Assembly: GCA_024275095.1 (NCBI GenBank)
Contig: JAJRZV010000047.1
Span: 159-64,158, forward strand
Reading direction: 5' to 3'
Length of the DNA: 64,000 bases
Source: a bacterium
GTDB taxonomy: Bacteria > JAJRZV01
Shown here one piece after another: positions 28,340-38,967 of the stretch. A program made the translations under genes and the position numbers. The notes below the pieces were generated by a model that ran no database searches, had not been told where the DNA came from, and saw only the letters and a list, made by a program, of their open reading frames with translations. Every line of letters begins with the position of its first letter. Within the stretch, counting starts at the first letter, position 1.

Positions 28340-29563
28340 ATGACAGGCAAAAGCAACAGGCTGTTAAAAATCAGTATTAAGACGTTTATTTTTGTAATTG
28401 CCGCAGCGTGTTCCTCACAGAAAGAGATTTCTGCTGTACGCATCACAATAAAGCCTGCTGAAAAAAAAGAAGTAACGCTTCGTATTCCCGGGTATGCAAC
28501 AGCCCGTATCATCTTTCCCGAAGGCACGGTGGAAAAAGACACGGTCCTTAACGTAGAACTGAATGACACGAAAATTACTGTGCCAGGATTCAAAGTGTAT
28601 CCCGTGTCTTTGTCGATCAGTCCTCATATGTACAGTCCTCTCGGATTTATTAAACCTTTTTCCGTAACCCTTAATATAAATGGGTCAGAAGCACCCTCCT
28701 CAGTTACGGGTGTACTTGGTATTGTTTTAGAATCCAGTAATATAGTTGTGCCATTTGCCTATTTTCCAGGAGAGAGAGAAGGCACCACGATTTCATGGTC
28801 TTCTCATGTGCCGGGGCGCTATTACCCGGTAGAAAAAGCTTTCAGCGGAAATATCCGGTGCGTTGCAGGAGTTACGCAAAAGGAAGATTACAAATGGTCT
28901 GTAAAGGATACCTCCGGCGCAACCCAGATGACACTTGAATCTTTACCGTTCGCTGCACCTGTAACCGGAATATTCTGTGGAGCACCACCCACTTCCGAAC
29001 CTTTCTCTACTACATACCAACTACTTTACTACCTCTCACCCCTCATACCTTACGCCAACGTCATGTACGTGGGCTTTCAAAATGCACTCACATACCGATT
29101 CACCGCAGGAATTACCGCCGCTGGCTTAGAAGACACAAGTTTACTTTTACAGGAATTGCTTAACGCCTCACCAACCATTTTTCCCGTATACCATACAACC
29201 GGCGAGAACTTCTGTAGTTCAATTACGTCATCAAGCGTGCAGGTAATTTTTGTAAGGTTTTACCACACCAACGGCATTGTCCAGATGCCGGTAATTGTAC
29301 ACAGGGATTTTGAAACGTGTTCTCAGCTACCCGGATACTCCCGGCTTATCGAAAAAGCCAACGCACTGTACCAGGCAGTACAGACGTCCCCTGCATGGAC
29401 CACAACATCTCCTGGATATTTAAAATGTACGGATGCATCTGCCTGCTCGGTTAAAGATAACCTGTGTATTGCAGGTGAAACAAACGGGCCGACTTTTGTC
29501 CCTGTGTCATGTCCAGACTGTACCTGTACCTGTATCATGGGCAGCTGTGACTGGAGTTTTTAA
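28340..29563 (+). CDS. Hypothetical secreted lipoprotein with Cys-rich C-terminus
   Basis: Lipobox …FVIAAAC|SSQ. 407 aa. The C-terminus is CPDCTCTCIMGSCDWSF. AGGAGG RBS upstream. Confidence 0.5.
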   Translation: MTGKSNRLLKISIKTFIFVIAAACSSQKEISAVRITIKPAEKKEVTLRIPGYATARIIFPEGTVEKDTVLNVELNDTKITVPGFKVYPVSLSISPHMYSPLGFIKPFSVTLNINGSEAPSSVTGVLGIVLESSNIVVPFAYFPGEREGTTISWSSHVPGRYYPVEKAFSGNIRCVAGVTQKEDYKWSVKDTSGATQMTLESLPFAAPVTGIFCGAPPTSEPFSTTYQLLYYLSPLIPYANVMYVGFQNALTYRFTAGITAAGLEDTSLLLQELLNASPTIFPVYHTTGENFCSSITSSSVQVIFVRFYHTNGIVQMPVIVHRDFETCSQLPGYSRLIEKANALYQAVQTSPAWTTTSPGYLKCTDASACSVKDNLCIAGETNGPTFVPVSCPDCTCTCIMGSCDWSF

Positions 29564-29577
29564 AAACCGGGGGCGAG

Positions 29578-31275
29578 GTGAACGTTTCCCAGATCATCTC
29601 AAAGGTATTAACACAACATAAAGTTGAATATGTTTTCGGGATTCCCGGTGCACAGGTGCTCACGCTTTTCGATGCACTGGGTGAAGAAAAATCGATAAAG
29701 CTCATTAATCCCACAACAGAACTCAGTGCATCCTTCATGGCCGATGGATACGCAAGAGCCTCGGGACGACCAGGGGTACTGGTTGTGGTCCCGGGTCCAG
29801 GGCTCGCGCTTGCCCTTTCAGGCATCGGAGAGGCACTGCTGGACCACGTACCCATGGTAATTCTCGCCGCAGATGTGGCAGATAACCTTCCGTATCAATT
29901 CCAGCTTCACCAGATTCCACAAACAGACATGGCCGCCCCGTTAGCCAAGTCTGTTTATCACATAAACAATACTGATACGGCACAGGAAATAATCATCCGG
30001 GCATTTGAGGATGCCGTGTGTCCCCCCCCGGGGCCGGTGATCGTGAACGTAGCATCGAACATATTGCAGGAGAAAGCATCTCCACCACAACCAGTAGCAA
30101 ATCGACAAACTCCAGCACCAGCAATTTCAGAAAGTATAGTGCTCCAAGCTGCTGAAATAATCCAGAAATCAAAACAACCGGGATTGCTGGTTGGGTGGGG
30201 ATGTATGGACTTCTCTGACAGGGTCCTTGAACTGGCCCAGCGCCTCCAGGCACCTGTAGCAACCACATTGTCCGGACGGGGGGTTGTTCCGGAGGATCAT
30301 CCCCTCTGTGTGGGTTATGGATTCGGTTCATTCGGGACACCCGTTGCCGAAAAAATCTTCCGCAAGTGCGATCTCGTAATCGCTCTTGCTGTCCGGTTCA
30401 GCGAAGTGGGAACAGGCTCATACGGTTTGCCGCGGGAAATCCCGTTATTGCATGTTGACGCAGACCCCGGGGCACTTGATGCGAACTGGCCATCCCGGTT
30501 ATCTGTTGTAAGCGATGTGGGAAAATTCCTAGATGCGGTACTGGAAAGAATTCAACCCAGGGAACCCAATCACAACCTGCTCAACAGAATAAAGCAGGAG
30601 AAAGAAAAATACCTGCAGAACAGAGAGCTAACCTTACATAACCATAAAAATGTAGACCCGGGCATGCTGGTGAGAACATGGAGAGCGCTTCTCCCACGCG
30701 ATGCAATAGTTACAACCGATGCGGGAGCCCATATGTTCTGGGTGCTTGAACATTTTGACGTGTTTACACCTCGCACGTTTCTTGCTCCCGTAGATTTTCA
30801 ATCCATGGGCTTTTCAGTTCCTGCTGCTATTGGGGCAGCACTGGCAAAGCCTGAAAAAGTGGTTTTATGCACTGTTGGCGACGGGGGTTTTATTTATACC
30901 GGTCTGGAACTGCTTACAGCAGTAAACCTCCAACTGAACGTGAAAATCCTTATATTCAACGACGGATATTTGGGGCTCATCAGACAATTTCAACAAAAAA
31001 TATTCAGGCACGAAGTAGCAGTAAAATTGAACAATCCTGATTTTAAATATGTTGCCCATGCTATAAATTCACATTATATTCTGGTAAAAGAAAACGAAGA
31101 CATAGCCCCAGCCGTTGCAGAAGCACTGGCCGTGGAGGGACCTGTAATTATGGAAGCACTTGTATCTTACGATCACGTAACGAGATACATTAAAAGTGCC
31201 ATGCGAACAAATATCAAACGAACCCCTTTAAGCATAAAGCTGGAGCTCTTAAAGAAACTCCTGGCGAGAATGTAA
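29578..31275 (+). CDS. Thiamine-diphosphate-dependent enzyme, acetolactate-synthase large-subunit-like
   Basis: 565 aa. N-terminal Pyr domain (…VFGIPGAQVLTLFDAL…GYARASGRPGVLVVVPGPGLA…). C-terminal TPP-binding GDGGF…NDGYLG motif. Confidence 0.8.
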   Translation: MNVSQIISKVLTQHKVEYVFGIPGAQVLTLFDALGEEKSIKLINPTTELSASFMADGYARASGRPGVLVVVPGPGLALALSGIGEALLDHVPMVILAADVADNLPYQFQLHQIPQTDMAAPLAKSVYHINNTDTAQEIIIRAFEDAVCPPPGPVIVNVASNILQEKASPPQPVANRQTPAPAISESIVLQAAEIIQKSKQPGLLVGWGCMDFSDRVLELAQRLQAPVATTLSGRGVVPEDHPLCVGYGFGSFGTPVAEKIFRKCDLVIALAVRFSEVGTGSYGLPREIPLLHVDADPGALDANWPSRLSVVSDVGKFLDAVLERIQPREPNHNLLNRIKQEKEKYLQNRELTLHNHKNVDPGMLVRTWRALLPRDAIVTTDAGAHMFWVLEHFDVFTPRTFLAPVDFQSMGFSVPAAIGAALAKPEKVVLCTVGDGGFIYTGLELLTAVNLQLNVKILIFNDGYLGLIRQFQQKIFRHEVAVKLNNPDFKYVAHAINSHYILVKENEDIAPAVAEALAVEGPVIMEALVSYDHVTRYIKSAMRTNIKRTPLSIKLELLKKLLARM

Positions 31276-32309
31276 TGGAAAAAAGTAAGGTTATAAAAGC
31301 TATCGTTGGAACAACCACACCTGAAATGAAACGCATGGTTGCGCTTTTAAAATGTTTTCCTCTCAATGTAATTGAATACTGTGGCGATTTAAAAAGGCTT
31401 GAATCGTCTTCTCTTGAGCATGCATGCGTATTCCTGCCCGAAGACTCTCCTGTCTCGCTTCTATTCAAGCTGGCAAAAATGAGTGAGTGGTGCCACGTGT
31501 GTATGGTTACATCGGGTAACACAGAAAAAAATGCTGATGAGTGGAGACACCACGGCATTCACTTTATCGAGCCTGAAATCTCTCCAGAACAATTGAGAGA
31601 GGATTTGAAATCGTGGGGGGTGCCGGTACCTTCCTTTGATTTCTCAGGCAAATGTACTGAAGAGACACTGCTGCAAATGGGAAGCGAAATATGGCGTGAA
31701 GGGCTTTCAGTTACCCTGCAACTGGAAAATAATGAAGGTACGAATCAGCAATTGCACCTCTACCGTGGACAGCTCGCCATTCAACAACCAGCCCTTTCGC
31801 GACCTGTCGACGCATTTAAAAATGCCTTTGCGGTACTGTCTCAGTTGCTCTCTTTTATCTCATCTGCAAAAGAGCTGAACTACCGGATCGAGCCTTTTGA
31901 ACCTCAACAATTTGTCATAATTGAGACATGGCCCTCCTTTGTACTCCGCCTCTCATGGTCGCAGGACAGAACCACCCAGATCCAGGAGGATGACAGATAT
32001 TATGAGGTAACCAATTACGAGTATCTGACACTTCTTCCCCTTCGGGATCAGGAGACGGCATTTTTAAGTGCCCTCACACCAGGCGTATCATTCAAGGAAA
32101 CAGCTGCAAGCAAGGGAATCAGTGAAAAAACGGCGGCACGTGTTTTATGGGCATGTATTCATCTGGGAGTGGTGCACAAACTCAGCCTTGAACAGGAGGA
32201 AAAAACCGCAGATAAGAAAGCAGCATTACCCGATATTGTACAAACCGAATCCAAAAAATCTACCGTCTCGAATGACTCTTTCGACATCTTAGACCTGGAC
32301 GAGGAGTAA
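31275..32309 (+). CDS. Hypothetical protein co-transcribed with TPP enzyme and DegT aminotransferase
   Basis: 344 aa. Start overlaps the upstream stop (ATGTAATGG). No recognisable motif. A possible HTH-like stretch lies near residue 270. Confidence 0.45.
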   Translation: MEKSKVIKAIVGTTTPEMKRMVALLKCFPLNVIEYCGDLKRLESSSLEHACVFLPEDSPVSLLFKLAKMSEWCHVCMVTSGNTEKNADEWRHHGIHFIEPEISPEQLREDLKSWGVPVPSFDFSGKCTEETLLQMGSEIWREGLSVTLQLENNEGTNQQLHLYRGQLAIQQPALSRPVDAFKNAFAVLSQLLSFISSAKELNYRIEPFEPQQFVIIETWPSFVLRLSWSQDRTTQIQEDDRYYEVTNYEYLTLLPLRDQETAFLSALTPGVSFKETAASKGISEKTAARVLWACIHLGVVHKLSLEQEEKTADKKAALPDIVQTESKKSTVSNDSFDILDLDEE

Positions 32310-32317
32310 GTTCAGCG

Positions 32318-33454
32318 GTGCAAATCCCTTTCTACCGGGTAAAGCTGGAAGAAGAGGACATCCAAAAAGTTGAGGAAGTACTTCGCTCCGGCTGGATAGG
32401 TCAAGGGCCTCAGGTAGAACAGTTTGAAAAAGAATTTGCAGAATATGTGGGCGCCAGTGAAGCCGTTGCACTTAGCTCGTGCACAGCAGGACTCTTCCTT
32501 GCCCTGAGAGCTCTTGGGATTGGACCTGGTGACGAAGTCATTACCTCGCCGCTTACTTTCGCCGCCACAGCCAATGTAATAGAAAACACCGGGGCCAAAC
32601 CTGTTTTCGTGGATGTTGATCCAGTCACGTGTAATATTGATCCGGTCTCAGTGAAAGCTGCTGTAACACCACGTACAAAAGCCATTATTCCTGTACACCT
32701 TTACGGCAGACCATGTGAAATGGACCGCATCATGGAAATCGCCAGCAAGCACAACCTTATGGTCATTGAAGATGCCGCTCACGCCCTTGGGGCAGCGTAC
32801 AAAGGCAAACCGATCGGCTCTATCGGCCACGTTACTTCCTTCAGCTTTTACGCCACGAAAAATCTCACAACCGCAGAGGGCGGGATGCTCACCACAGATG
32901 ATCCCGATCTTGCAAATAAAATCCGGATACTCCGTCTGCACGGTATCAGCCGGGATGCATGGAAACGGTACACACACTCCTCTCCCGTTCATTACCAGGT
33001 TGTAATGCCGGGGTTCAAATTCAACATGACCGACATCCAGGCTGCACTGGGACGCAATCAGCTCAAGCGTTTCCATGAAATTCAAACCCGTAGACGCAGG
33101 CTGTGGAATATGTACCGTGAAAGGCTCAAAAACATCAATGGAATCCGTCTGCCTCTTGAAGAAGAAAAAGGCATCGTTCACGCGTATCACCTCTTTGCCG
33201 TGCTCATCGAACACGAAAGAATTACCCGAGATGAAATAATGAATCAGCTGGCCGAAATGGGCGTGAGCACATCTGTACACTTCCACGCCCTTCACCTTCA
33301 GCCATATTATCGGGAAAAGTATGGATACAAGCCAGGCGATTTCCCACATGCGGAACACATATCTACAAGAACACTATCACTTCCCTTCTTCCCTTCCATG
33401 AGCGAAGACGAACTTGAGTACGTATGTGAATGCCTGAAAAAAATTCTTACCTGA
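32318..33454 (+). CDS. DegT/DnrJ/EryC1/StrS-family PLP-dependent sugar aminotransferase
   Basis: 378 aa. …GWIGQGPQVEQFEKEFAEYVGA…, PLP-Lys region …SFSFYATKNLTTAEGGML…. Confidence 0.88.
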   Translation: MQIPFYRVKLEEEDIQKVEEVLRSGWIGQGPQVEQFEKEFAEYVGASEAVALSSCTAGLFLALRALGIGPGDEVITSPLTFAATANVIENTGAKPVFVDVDPVTCNIDPVSVKAAVTPRTKAIIPVHLYGRPCEMDRIMEIASKHNLMVIEDAAHALGAAYKGKPIGSIGHVTSFSFYATKNLTTAEGGMLTTDDPDLANKIRILRLHGISRDAWKRYTHSSPVHYQVVMPGFKFNMTDIQAALGRNQLKRFHEIQTRRRRLWNMYRERLKNINGIRLPLEEEKGIVHAYHLFAVLIEHERITRDEIMNQLAEMGVSTSVHFHALHLQPYYREKYGYKPGDFPHAEHISTRTLSLPFFPSMSEDELEYVCECLKKILT

Positions 33455-33456
33455 CT

Positions 33457-35112
33457 TCAGTCAATATATCCTAAATCTCGCAATCTCTCCTCTACGCTCT
33501 GAAGCGCGTCTTCACTCCACCATTGAGACGGAACCGCCTTTTTCAATATCTCGTCTGCCATATTTTTTAATGGGATTACCTGTGAAGAAACTCTACTCAT
33601 AAATTTTCTGGAAACCTCTTCCCCATCAGGTTTTACCTGGAAATATACATATCGGTGTGCTGTTTCACGAATGCCGGGAATATGTGTTACAACAAACAGC
33701 CCGATTTTTTCAGCCAGCCTTCCGAGCAAAGGTAATTGACTGATGTAATAAAGAAATACACCTATCTTTGCGATTATCCTGTGTTTTAACCTGGTCGGAA
33801 CGTACGGCTCTTTAAACATCTCTTCCACAAAGGCTGAAACATAAAAGTGCTTACCTCTCTCCTTATCCTGAGAAGAAAAAAATGAATTCTCCAACAGACC
33901 GTTAATCCACAATTTTTCAGTAGGAGTGCGAACGCACACCTGTGTGAGCTTATTGATGATGCTGTATTTTTTCTTTTGTGCAAACGATTTTAAAAGTTCA
34001 TCAGATGTGAGATTGTGAGACCAGAATTCAGCATATACATACGAATTTTTCCTTTCGTCATCAAGTAACGATCGCCCACGTGCAACATGTGCATGCTCTT
34101 TTTTCCATTCATCAAGGAAACCCGCCAGCTGCGCGATCGTGGGTCCTACATCCGTAATTGAAGAAATTTCTTCCTTCATCCCCGGAGAAAGTCCTGCACC
34201 TCCAATAGCAAGCGGGACACGAAGAACTCCGTCTGTAAGAAGGTTGATATGCCCCAGCATGCCTGACTGTACATCTTCACCATGATCAGCCGTAACAATC
34301 ACTGCTCCGTGGGCATCCATAAATCCTGCTGACTCAAGAAAATCCATATATTCCTTAAACCTTCCTCTATCGAAAAACTCCACACCCCTCGCGTACAGAT
34401 GGACAGCCTGGGAAATAAGGCCTTCCGTCCTTAATCCAACCATCTCGAGCAACCTTTTCACACGTTGCTCCTTAAAAATAAATTCATAAGCTTCTTTGAA
34501 CCGGCCAGCACTGACAAGGGCCTCCACGCGTTTTTTCTGACCCAGTTTCTCCGCCGTCGATAATATTTGAGTTTTAAAAAATGATTGGTCATCTCCGTAA
34601 TCCCGCCTCAAACAATATGGAGAATGCACATCTGAAAAATGCAAAAAAAGGAACACCGGTACATTCCTTTCATGGTTGATATGGTTGAAAAGCGAATCCC
34701 GTGCATCCAGAGATGTTATATCAAAAACAAGGTCAGCATCGTCCAGTAGACCCCAGGCCTGGAACATCGTCAAAAAATCTACTCCAAATATTATTCTGTA
34801 ACCTTTCTCCCTCAAAAATTTCACCACGGATTTTACATTTGAAGAAAGTCGCTCCCCTACAAATGACCTCAACCCGTGCGATGGTGGATAAAGCCCGGTA
34901 AGCATGGATGCATGTGCAGTGGAGGTATAAGAAGCAGTGGAAAACGCGTTCACAAACACGAGAGCTTTTTCAAAAAATGCATCCAGCACGGGGGTGTCAG
35001 GTGGAGGCACTCGATGGCGGTCGTAAAAATCGGAAACGCGATAAAACGAAACAGCATCTCGCCTCAATGTATCAATCGAAAGAAGAGCAATTCTGTGTAC
35101 GGGCATGTTCAT
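33457..35112 (-). CDS. Sulfatase-like / alkaline-phosphatase-superfamily hydrolase or transferase
   Basis: 551 aa. N-terminal metal/nucleophile motif LLSIDTLRRDA. Downstream VTADHGE is typical of the sulfatase/phosphotransferase branch. Confidence 0.6.
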   Translation of the reverse strand: MNMPVHRIALLSIDTLRRDAVSFYRVSDFYDRHRVPPPDTPVLDAFFEKALVFVNAFSTASYTSTAHASMLTGLYPPSHGLRSFVGERLSSNVKSVVKFLREKGYRIIFGVDFLTMFQAWGLLDDADLVFDITSLDARDSLFNHINHERNVPVFLFLHFSDVHSPYCLRRDYGDDQSFFKTQILSTAEKLGQKKRVEALVSAGRFKEAYEFIFKEQRVKRLLEMVGLRTEGLISQAVHLYARGVEFFDRGRFKEYMDFLESAGFMDAHGAVIVTADHGEDVQSGMLGHINLLTDGVLRVPLAIGGAGLSPGMKEEISSITDVGPTIAQLAGFLDEWKKEHAHVARGRSLLDDERKNSYVYAEFWSHNLTSDELLKSFAQKKKYSIINKLTQVCVRTPTEKLWINGLLENSFFSSQDKERGKHFYVSAFVEEMFKEPYVPTRLKHRIIAKIGVFLYYISQLPLLGRLAEKIGLFVVTHIPGIRETAHRYVYFQVKPDGEEVSRKFMSRVSSQVIPLKNMADEILKKAVPSQWWSEDALQSVEERLRDLGYID

Positions 35113-36549
35113 TTACTCCAGGTATCCCAAGTCCCTGAGTCGTTCGATCACCTTCTCCTCGTCCACATTCACTGAATAAGCCACATTTCTCTCCGTAGTT
35201 TCAGAAGAAATTTTAACCTCGCGCATATAAGTAACGGAATCGGGTCTGAAAATATCCCGGAGTACCTTACCATCCAGTTCAGAAGGTACTGCGCAGCCCA
35301 TTAAATGCAAAATAGTAGGTGCCACATCCACGATGGAAAATGCTTCACACACACCTTTCTTAAAATATTCTCCAGCTGCAATAAGAAAACCTGTCTGTGC
35401 GTTGTCGGCCTTTACATCACGTACAGAACGTACAATCCCCCCTGCTCCAGAAGATATCAACCTCACTTTCTTTTCAGGCATTACAATCAGATCAGGAGCA
35501 TCGTCAACATAAGGACCAGAGTAAAGTTCTCTGCCTTTACACACTTTTTCCACACAATCTGCGAGTTCCTCTTCCAGCACCGAGCACAGCTCGTCAATCA
35601 ACTCTGCTGCATCAAGAACAAATACCACCCCATGAGTAAAAGGAACCAGCCGTGAGTTGGCTATATCCACGGCTGTTGTCAAACGAGGTAAAACCATGGA
35701 TGCACGGGGCACCTGGGACAGAGATTCTACCAGTTCTTTTATGTACCGGCGCCAGCCACGGGATTTTACGGTGGTCCACCCTTTCTGAATGCACAATGTC
35801 AAAAGGTCTGCCTCTTTTTCGATCCTTCTCAGGCCATGATCTGATACCACCATCACTGTTTCGCCTGCCTCTAGCCATTTACGGACATACCTGTCCACAC
35901 GCTGCCATACACGCAAAGTTTCATCCCCGTTAAAATAAAAATGCCCAAGTGCAACCATGTGATAAAGGACCAGGAAACCCACTGAAGGCGTGCGTTCATA
36001 AAAAAGCGTGTCAAAAGTTCGCAGATGGTTTTCTGTAAGTTCTTCGATAACTCTCACGCCTGACTCGCCGCGTAAAGACACATCTGGCCAGTGCGGGGGA
36101 TGCACGCGGAAATTAAAATGTTCTTTCAGCTCACTCTCAAGTTCGTGCGGATATGTGTACCCCACATCCTGGGTAAACGGTCCACCCGAGATAAGGATAC
36201 CCTTTACAGGCCGTGGAGGATATGTGAGAGGTGTACCCATTATAAGTACTTCAAGATCGTTTTCACCCATGTAATCCCAGAAGTCCTTACTCCGCCCGGC
36301 GAGATATCCTGCATGTACCACCGCTCCAGTCCGCTTGTTCAACTGTAACCACCAGTACAAACCAAGTTGCCCGGGATTTTTACCTGAATACAAGCTCTTC
36401 CAGGCCGGTGCTGTTACGGGCGGAACAGTACTGAGAAGCGGAGCATACACGCCATTCTCCAGCAATTCAGAAAAACCCGGCAACTCCCTCTCCTCAATCC
36501 AGGGAGCCAGCATTTCCATGCAACCGCCGTCTATGCCCAGAACAATCAT
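35113..36549 (-). CDS. Alkaline-phosphatase-superfamily enzyme, type I phosphodiesterase / nucleotide pyrophosphatase-like
   Basis: 478 aa. VLGIDGG…TVPPVTAPAWKSLYSGKNPGQLG…VVSDHG are the core motifs of the PF01663-like family. Confidence 0.62.
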   Translation of the reverse strand: MIVLGIDGGCMEMLAPWIEERELPGFSELLENGVYAPLLSTVPPVTAPAWKSLYSGKNPGQLGLYWWLQLNKRTGAVVHAGYLAGRSKDFWDYMGENDLEVLIMGTPLTYPPRPVKGILISGGPFTQDVGYTYPHELESELKEHFNFRVHPPHWPDVSLRGESGVRVIEELTENHLRTFDTLFYERTPSVGFLVLYHMVALGHFYFNGDETLRVWQRVDRYVRKWLEAGETVMVVSDHGLRRIEKEADLLTLCIQKGWTTVKSRGWRRYIKELVESLSQVPRASMVLPRLTTAVDIANSRLVPFTHGVVFVLDAAELIDELCSVLEEELADCVEKVCKGRELYSGPYVDDAPDLIVMPEKKVRLISSGAGGIVRSVRDVKADNAQTGFLIAAGEYFKKGVCEAFSIVDVAPTILHLMGCAVPSELDGKVLRDIFRPDSVTYMREVKISSETTERNVAYSVNVDEEKVIERLRDLGYLE

Positions 36550-36783
36550 TTCACCAAAATATATGAAACAAGCATCGTGTTCAATATCCGATCCATTAAA
36601 TACATCAACTCCTGATATGTTTTGTTATTCTCGTACAAAGTTCCATGTTTTGAAAACAGGGTTAATTTTTATATTTCATCTTTAACTCAACCATTACTCC
36701 GAGACTTTTTAAGAATGCTTTGCTTCTATCATGGGCGTCTTTTGAGGCAAAAGTGTCAAAGAACTGTTATATTTTACTACGTA

Positions 36784-38403
36784 ATGAAATACCCACGAGA
36801 CCATAAAAACACTGAAAATACTCTCAAAATTAAATGGTACCAGAGTATCAGTTTTAAGCTTACATTTGTGGTGGGTTTTGTTGTTACGTGCATATTTGGC
36901 TTCTTCATGTACGTGGTTATGAAAACCAGCCAGGATTCCCTTTTGCGCGAACTTCTCAGAAGTGCCACCCAGCTCAGCGAAACGGTCAGAAGGAGTACTC
37001 ATTACGATATGCTCGAAAATCGTCGCGAAAACATATATCGCATTATACGTACCATTGCTTCGCAGAAAGGGATAGAAAAAATCCGCATTTTCAATAAAGA
37101 AGGTCGCATCATGTTTTCTACTGCTGAAGAAGAAGCAGGAAAGATGGTGGATAAAAAAGCCGAGGAATGCTATGCGTGCCATGCACGTGAGCGACCACTT
37201 GAAAGGCTGGACATTAAAAAACGAAGTCGAATATTCCGCTGGGGTGAAGATAAGCACCGCGTATTCGGAATGATTACCCCCATATACAACGAAGAAAGTT
37301 GCTATACTGCTGCATGCCATTATCATCCACCCGAACAGAAAATTCTTGGGGTACTGGATATCGTTATCTCCCTGAAAGATGTGGATCAACGTCGCGAAGC
37401 CATGCTCAAGCGATTTCTCATCACAGCCGCTCTGGCCATCCTCTCGACATGCCTGCTCATTATCGTATTTATGCAGAAAGCCCTCATCACCCCTGTGCGA
37501 AAATTAGTGGAAGGAACAGAAAAAATCGCTGAGGGCAAACTAGAGCACCGAATCGACGTGGATACCGAGGACGAAATTGGAATACTTGCGAGGTCCTTCA
37601 ACGTGATGGCTGAAAACCTGAAAAAAGCGGAAGAGGAGATTCAGGAATGGATAAGAACGCTGGAAGAAAAAGTTAAGAGAAGAACCCGGGAGCTGGAAGC
37701 CACGCAAAAGCAGCTCATCCAGTCTGAAAAAATGGTGTCCCTGGGCAAACTTGCAGCCACCGTTGCGCACGAAATCAACAACCCATTAACAGGAGTGCTC
37801 ACCTACCTCAGGCTTATTTCCAGGAAACTTTCAGAATCAGAAGGAGAAATGAAAAAAGAAGATCTGCTCAGGTACCTCTGGATCATAGAAGCTGAAATTA
37901 AAAGAGCTTCTGTCATAGTAAAAGAGCTCCTTGATTTCGCCCGCCAGAGAGAACCCATACTGAAAGAGGTGGACATCAACAAGGTCCTGGAGGGGGCACT
38001 TTCCATTCTTTCCAACGAGGTCGCTCTGAGAAACATTACAGTAAAAAAATACCTGTCCAGGGTGCCCATCATCAAAGCCGATCCCAATCAGCTCAAACAG
38101 GTGTTTATCAACATTGTTATGAATGCCTGCGAAGCCATAAAAGAAAAGGGTGAGATTACCATTACAACACGGTATGATGAAAATGCAGGAGAGGTGGAAA
38201 TTCAAGTTACAGATACAGGGATCGGTATTCCCGAAGAAAATCTTTCGCGCATATTTGATCCGTTTTTTACAACCAAAGAAAAAGGTACTGGTTTAGGATT
38301 GTCGGTGGCGTACAATATTATCACGAATCACAAAGGCAAAATCCAAATCACAAGCAAAGAAGGAGAAGGCACCACTGTAACTATTCGACTCCCTGTATCA
38401 TAA
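36784..38403 (+). CDS. Sensor histidine kinase (TM – periplasmic domain with c-heme-binding motifs – TM – HAMP – HisKA – HATPase)
   Basis: HisKA H-box VAHEINNPLT and the HATPase G-boxes are present. The periplasmic segment between two TM helices contains CYACH (CxxCH) and CYTAACH (Cx4CH). I prefer the ATG at 36784; the ORF-track start at 36622 has no RBS or TM logic. Confidence 0.82.
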   Translation: MKYPRDHKNTENTLKIKWYQSISFKLTFVVGFVVTCIFGFFMYVVMKTSQDSLLRELLRSATQLSETVRRSTHYDMLENRRENIYRIIRTIASQKGIEKIRIFNKEGRIMFSTAEEEAGKMVDKKAEECYACHARERPLERLDIKKRSRIFRWGEDKHRVFGMITPIYNEESCYTAACHYHPPEQKILGVLDIVISLKDVDQRREAMLKRFLITAALAILSTCLLIIVFMQKALITPVRKLVEGTEKIAEGKLEHRIDVDTEDEIGILARSFNVMAENLKKAEEEIQEWIRTLEEKVKRRTRELEATQKQLIQSEKMVSLGKLAATVAHEINNPLTGVLTYLRLISRKLSESEGEMKKEDLLRYLWIIEAEIKRASVIVKELLDFARQREPILKEVDINKVLEGALSILSNEVALRNITVKKYLSRVPIIKADPNQLKQVFINIVMNACEAIKEKGEITITTRYDENAGEVEIQVTDTGIGIPEENLSRIFDPFFTTKEKGTGLGLSVAYNIITNHKGKIQITSKEGEGTTVTIRLPVS

Positions 38404-38413
38404 CCTGTTTTGG

Positions 38414-38965
38414 ATGAAAAGAATTCACATCATCCCTGTTGGGAAAACGAATGTTTCCATGCTCGAGAGGATATCGAAAAAAGTGGAACATTTGTTAAAT
38501 GTACCCTCCGAGGTATTGAAACCTGTAAGTGTGCCCAAAGAAGCTTACGACTACGTGCGAAAGCAATATAACTCCACCGTAATTCTTAAAAACCTGCTGG
38601 AAAAGGTAACCCCTGACTCTCTCAAAGTTATCGGTATTACTCATGTTGATCTTTTCATCCCTGTTCTAACTTTTGTATTTGGAGAAGCCCAGTTGGGAGG
38701 ACAGGTAGCCGTGGTATCCACTGCCCGTTTAAGGCAAGAATTTTACGGACTTCCAGCGGATGAATTTGTACTGGAAGAGAGGCTCTACAAAGAAGTCATC
38801 CATGAACTGGGACACACTTTCGGACTTGTACACTGTTCGCTCAACAAATGCGCTATGTATCTTTCCACCAGCATAAAATTCATTGACCTCAAAAGCAGTG
38901 GCTTCTGCAGGGAGTGCCAGAAACAGTTGAACAAAAGCCTCCAATTGCTTAAAACAGACAGGTAG
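38414..38965 (+). CDS. amzA: Archaemetzincin-like zinc metallopeptidase
   Basis: 183 aa. HELGHTFGLVHCSLNKCAMY matches the archaemetzincin HExxHxxGxxHCxxxxCxM zinc site. Confidence 0.65.
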   Translation: MKRIHIIPVGKTNVSMLERISKKVEHLLNVPSEVLKPVSVPKEAYDYVRKQYNSTVILKNLLEKVTPDSLKVIGITHVDLFIPVLTFVFGEAQLGGQVAVVSTARLRQEFYGLPADEFVLEERLYKEVIHELGHTFGLVHCSLNKCAMYLSTSIKFIDLKSSGFCRECQKQLNKSLQLLKTDR

Positions 38966-38967
38966 CC

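Noticed and set aside
36622-36783. 54 extra N-terminal codons on the histidine kinase
   Set aside because: The segment has no RBS and is non-hydrophobic. It precedes the first TM helix, which follows naturally from the ATG at 36784.
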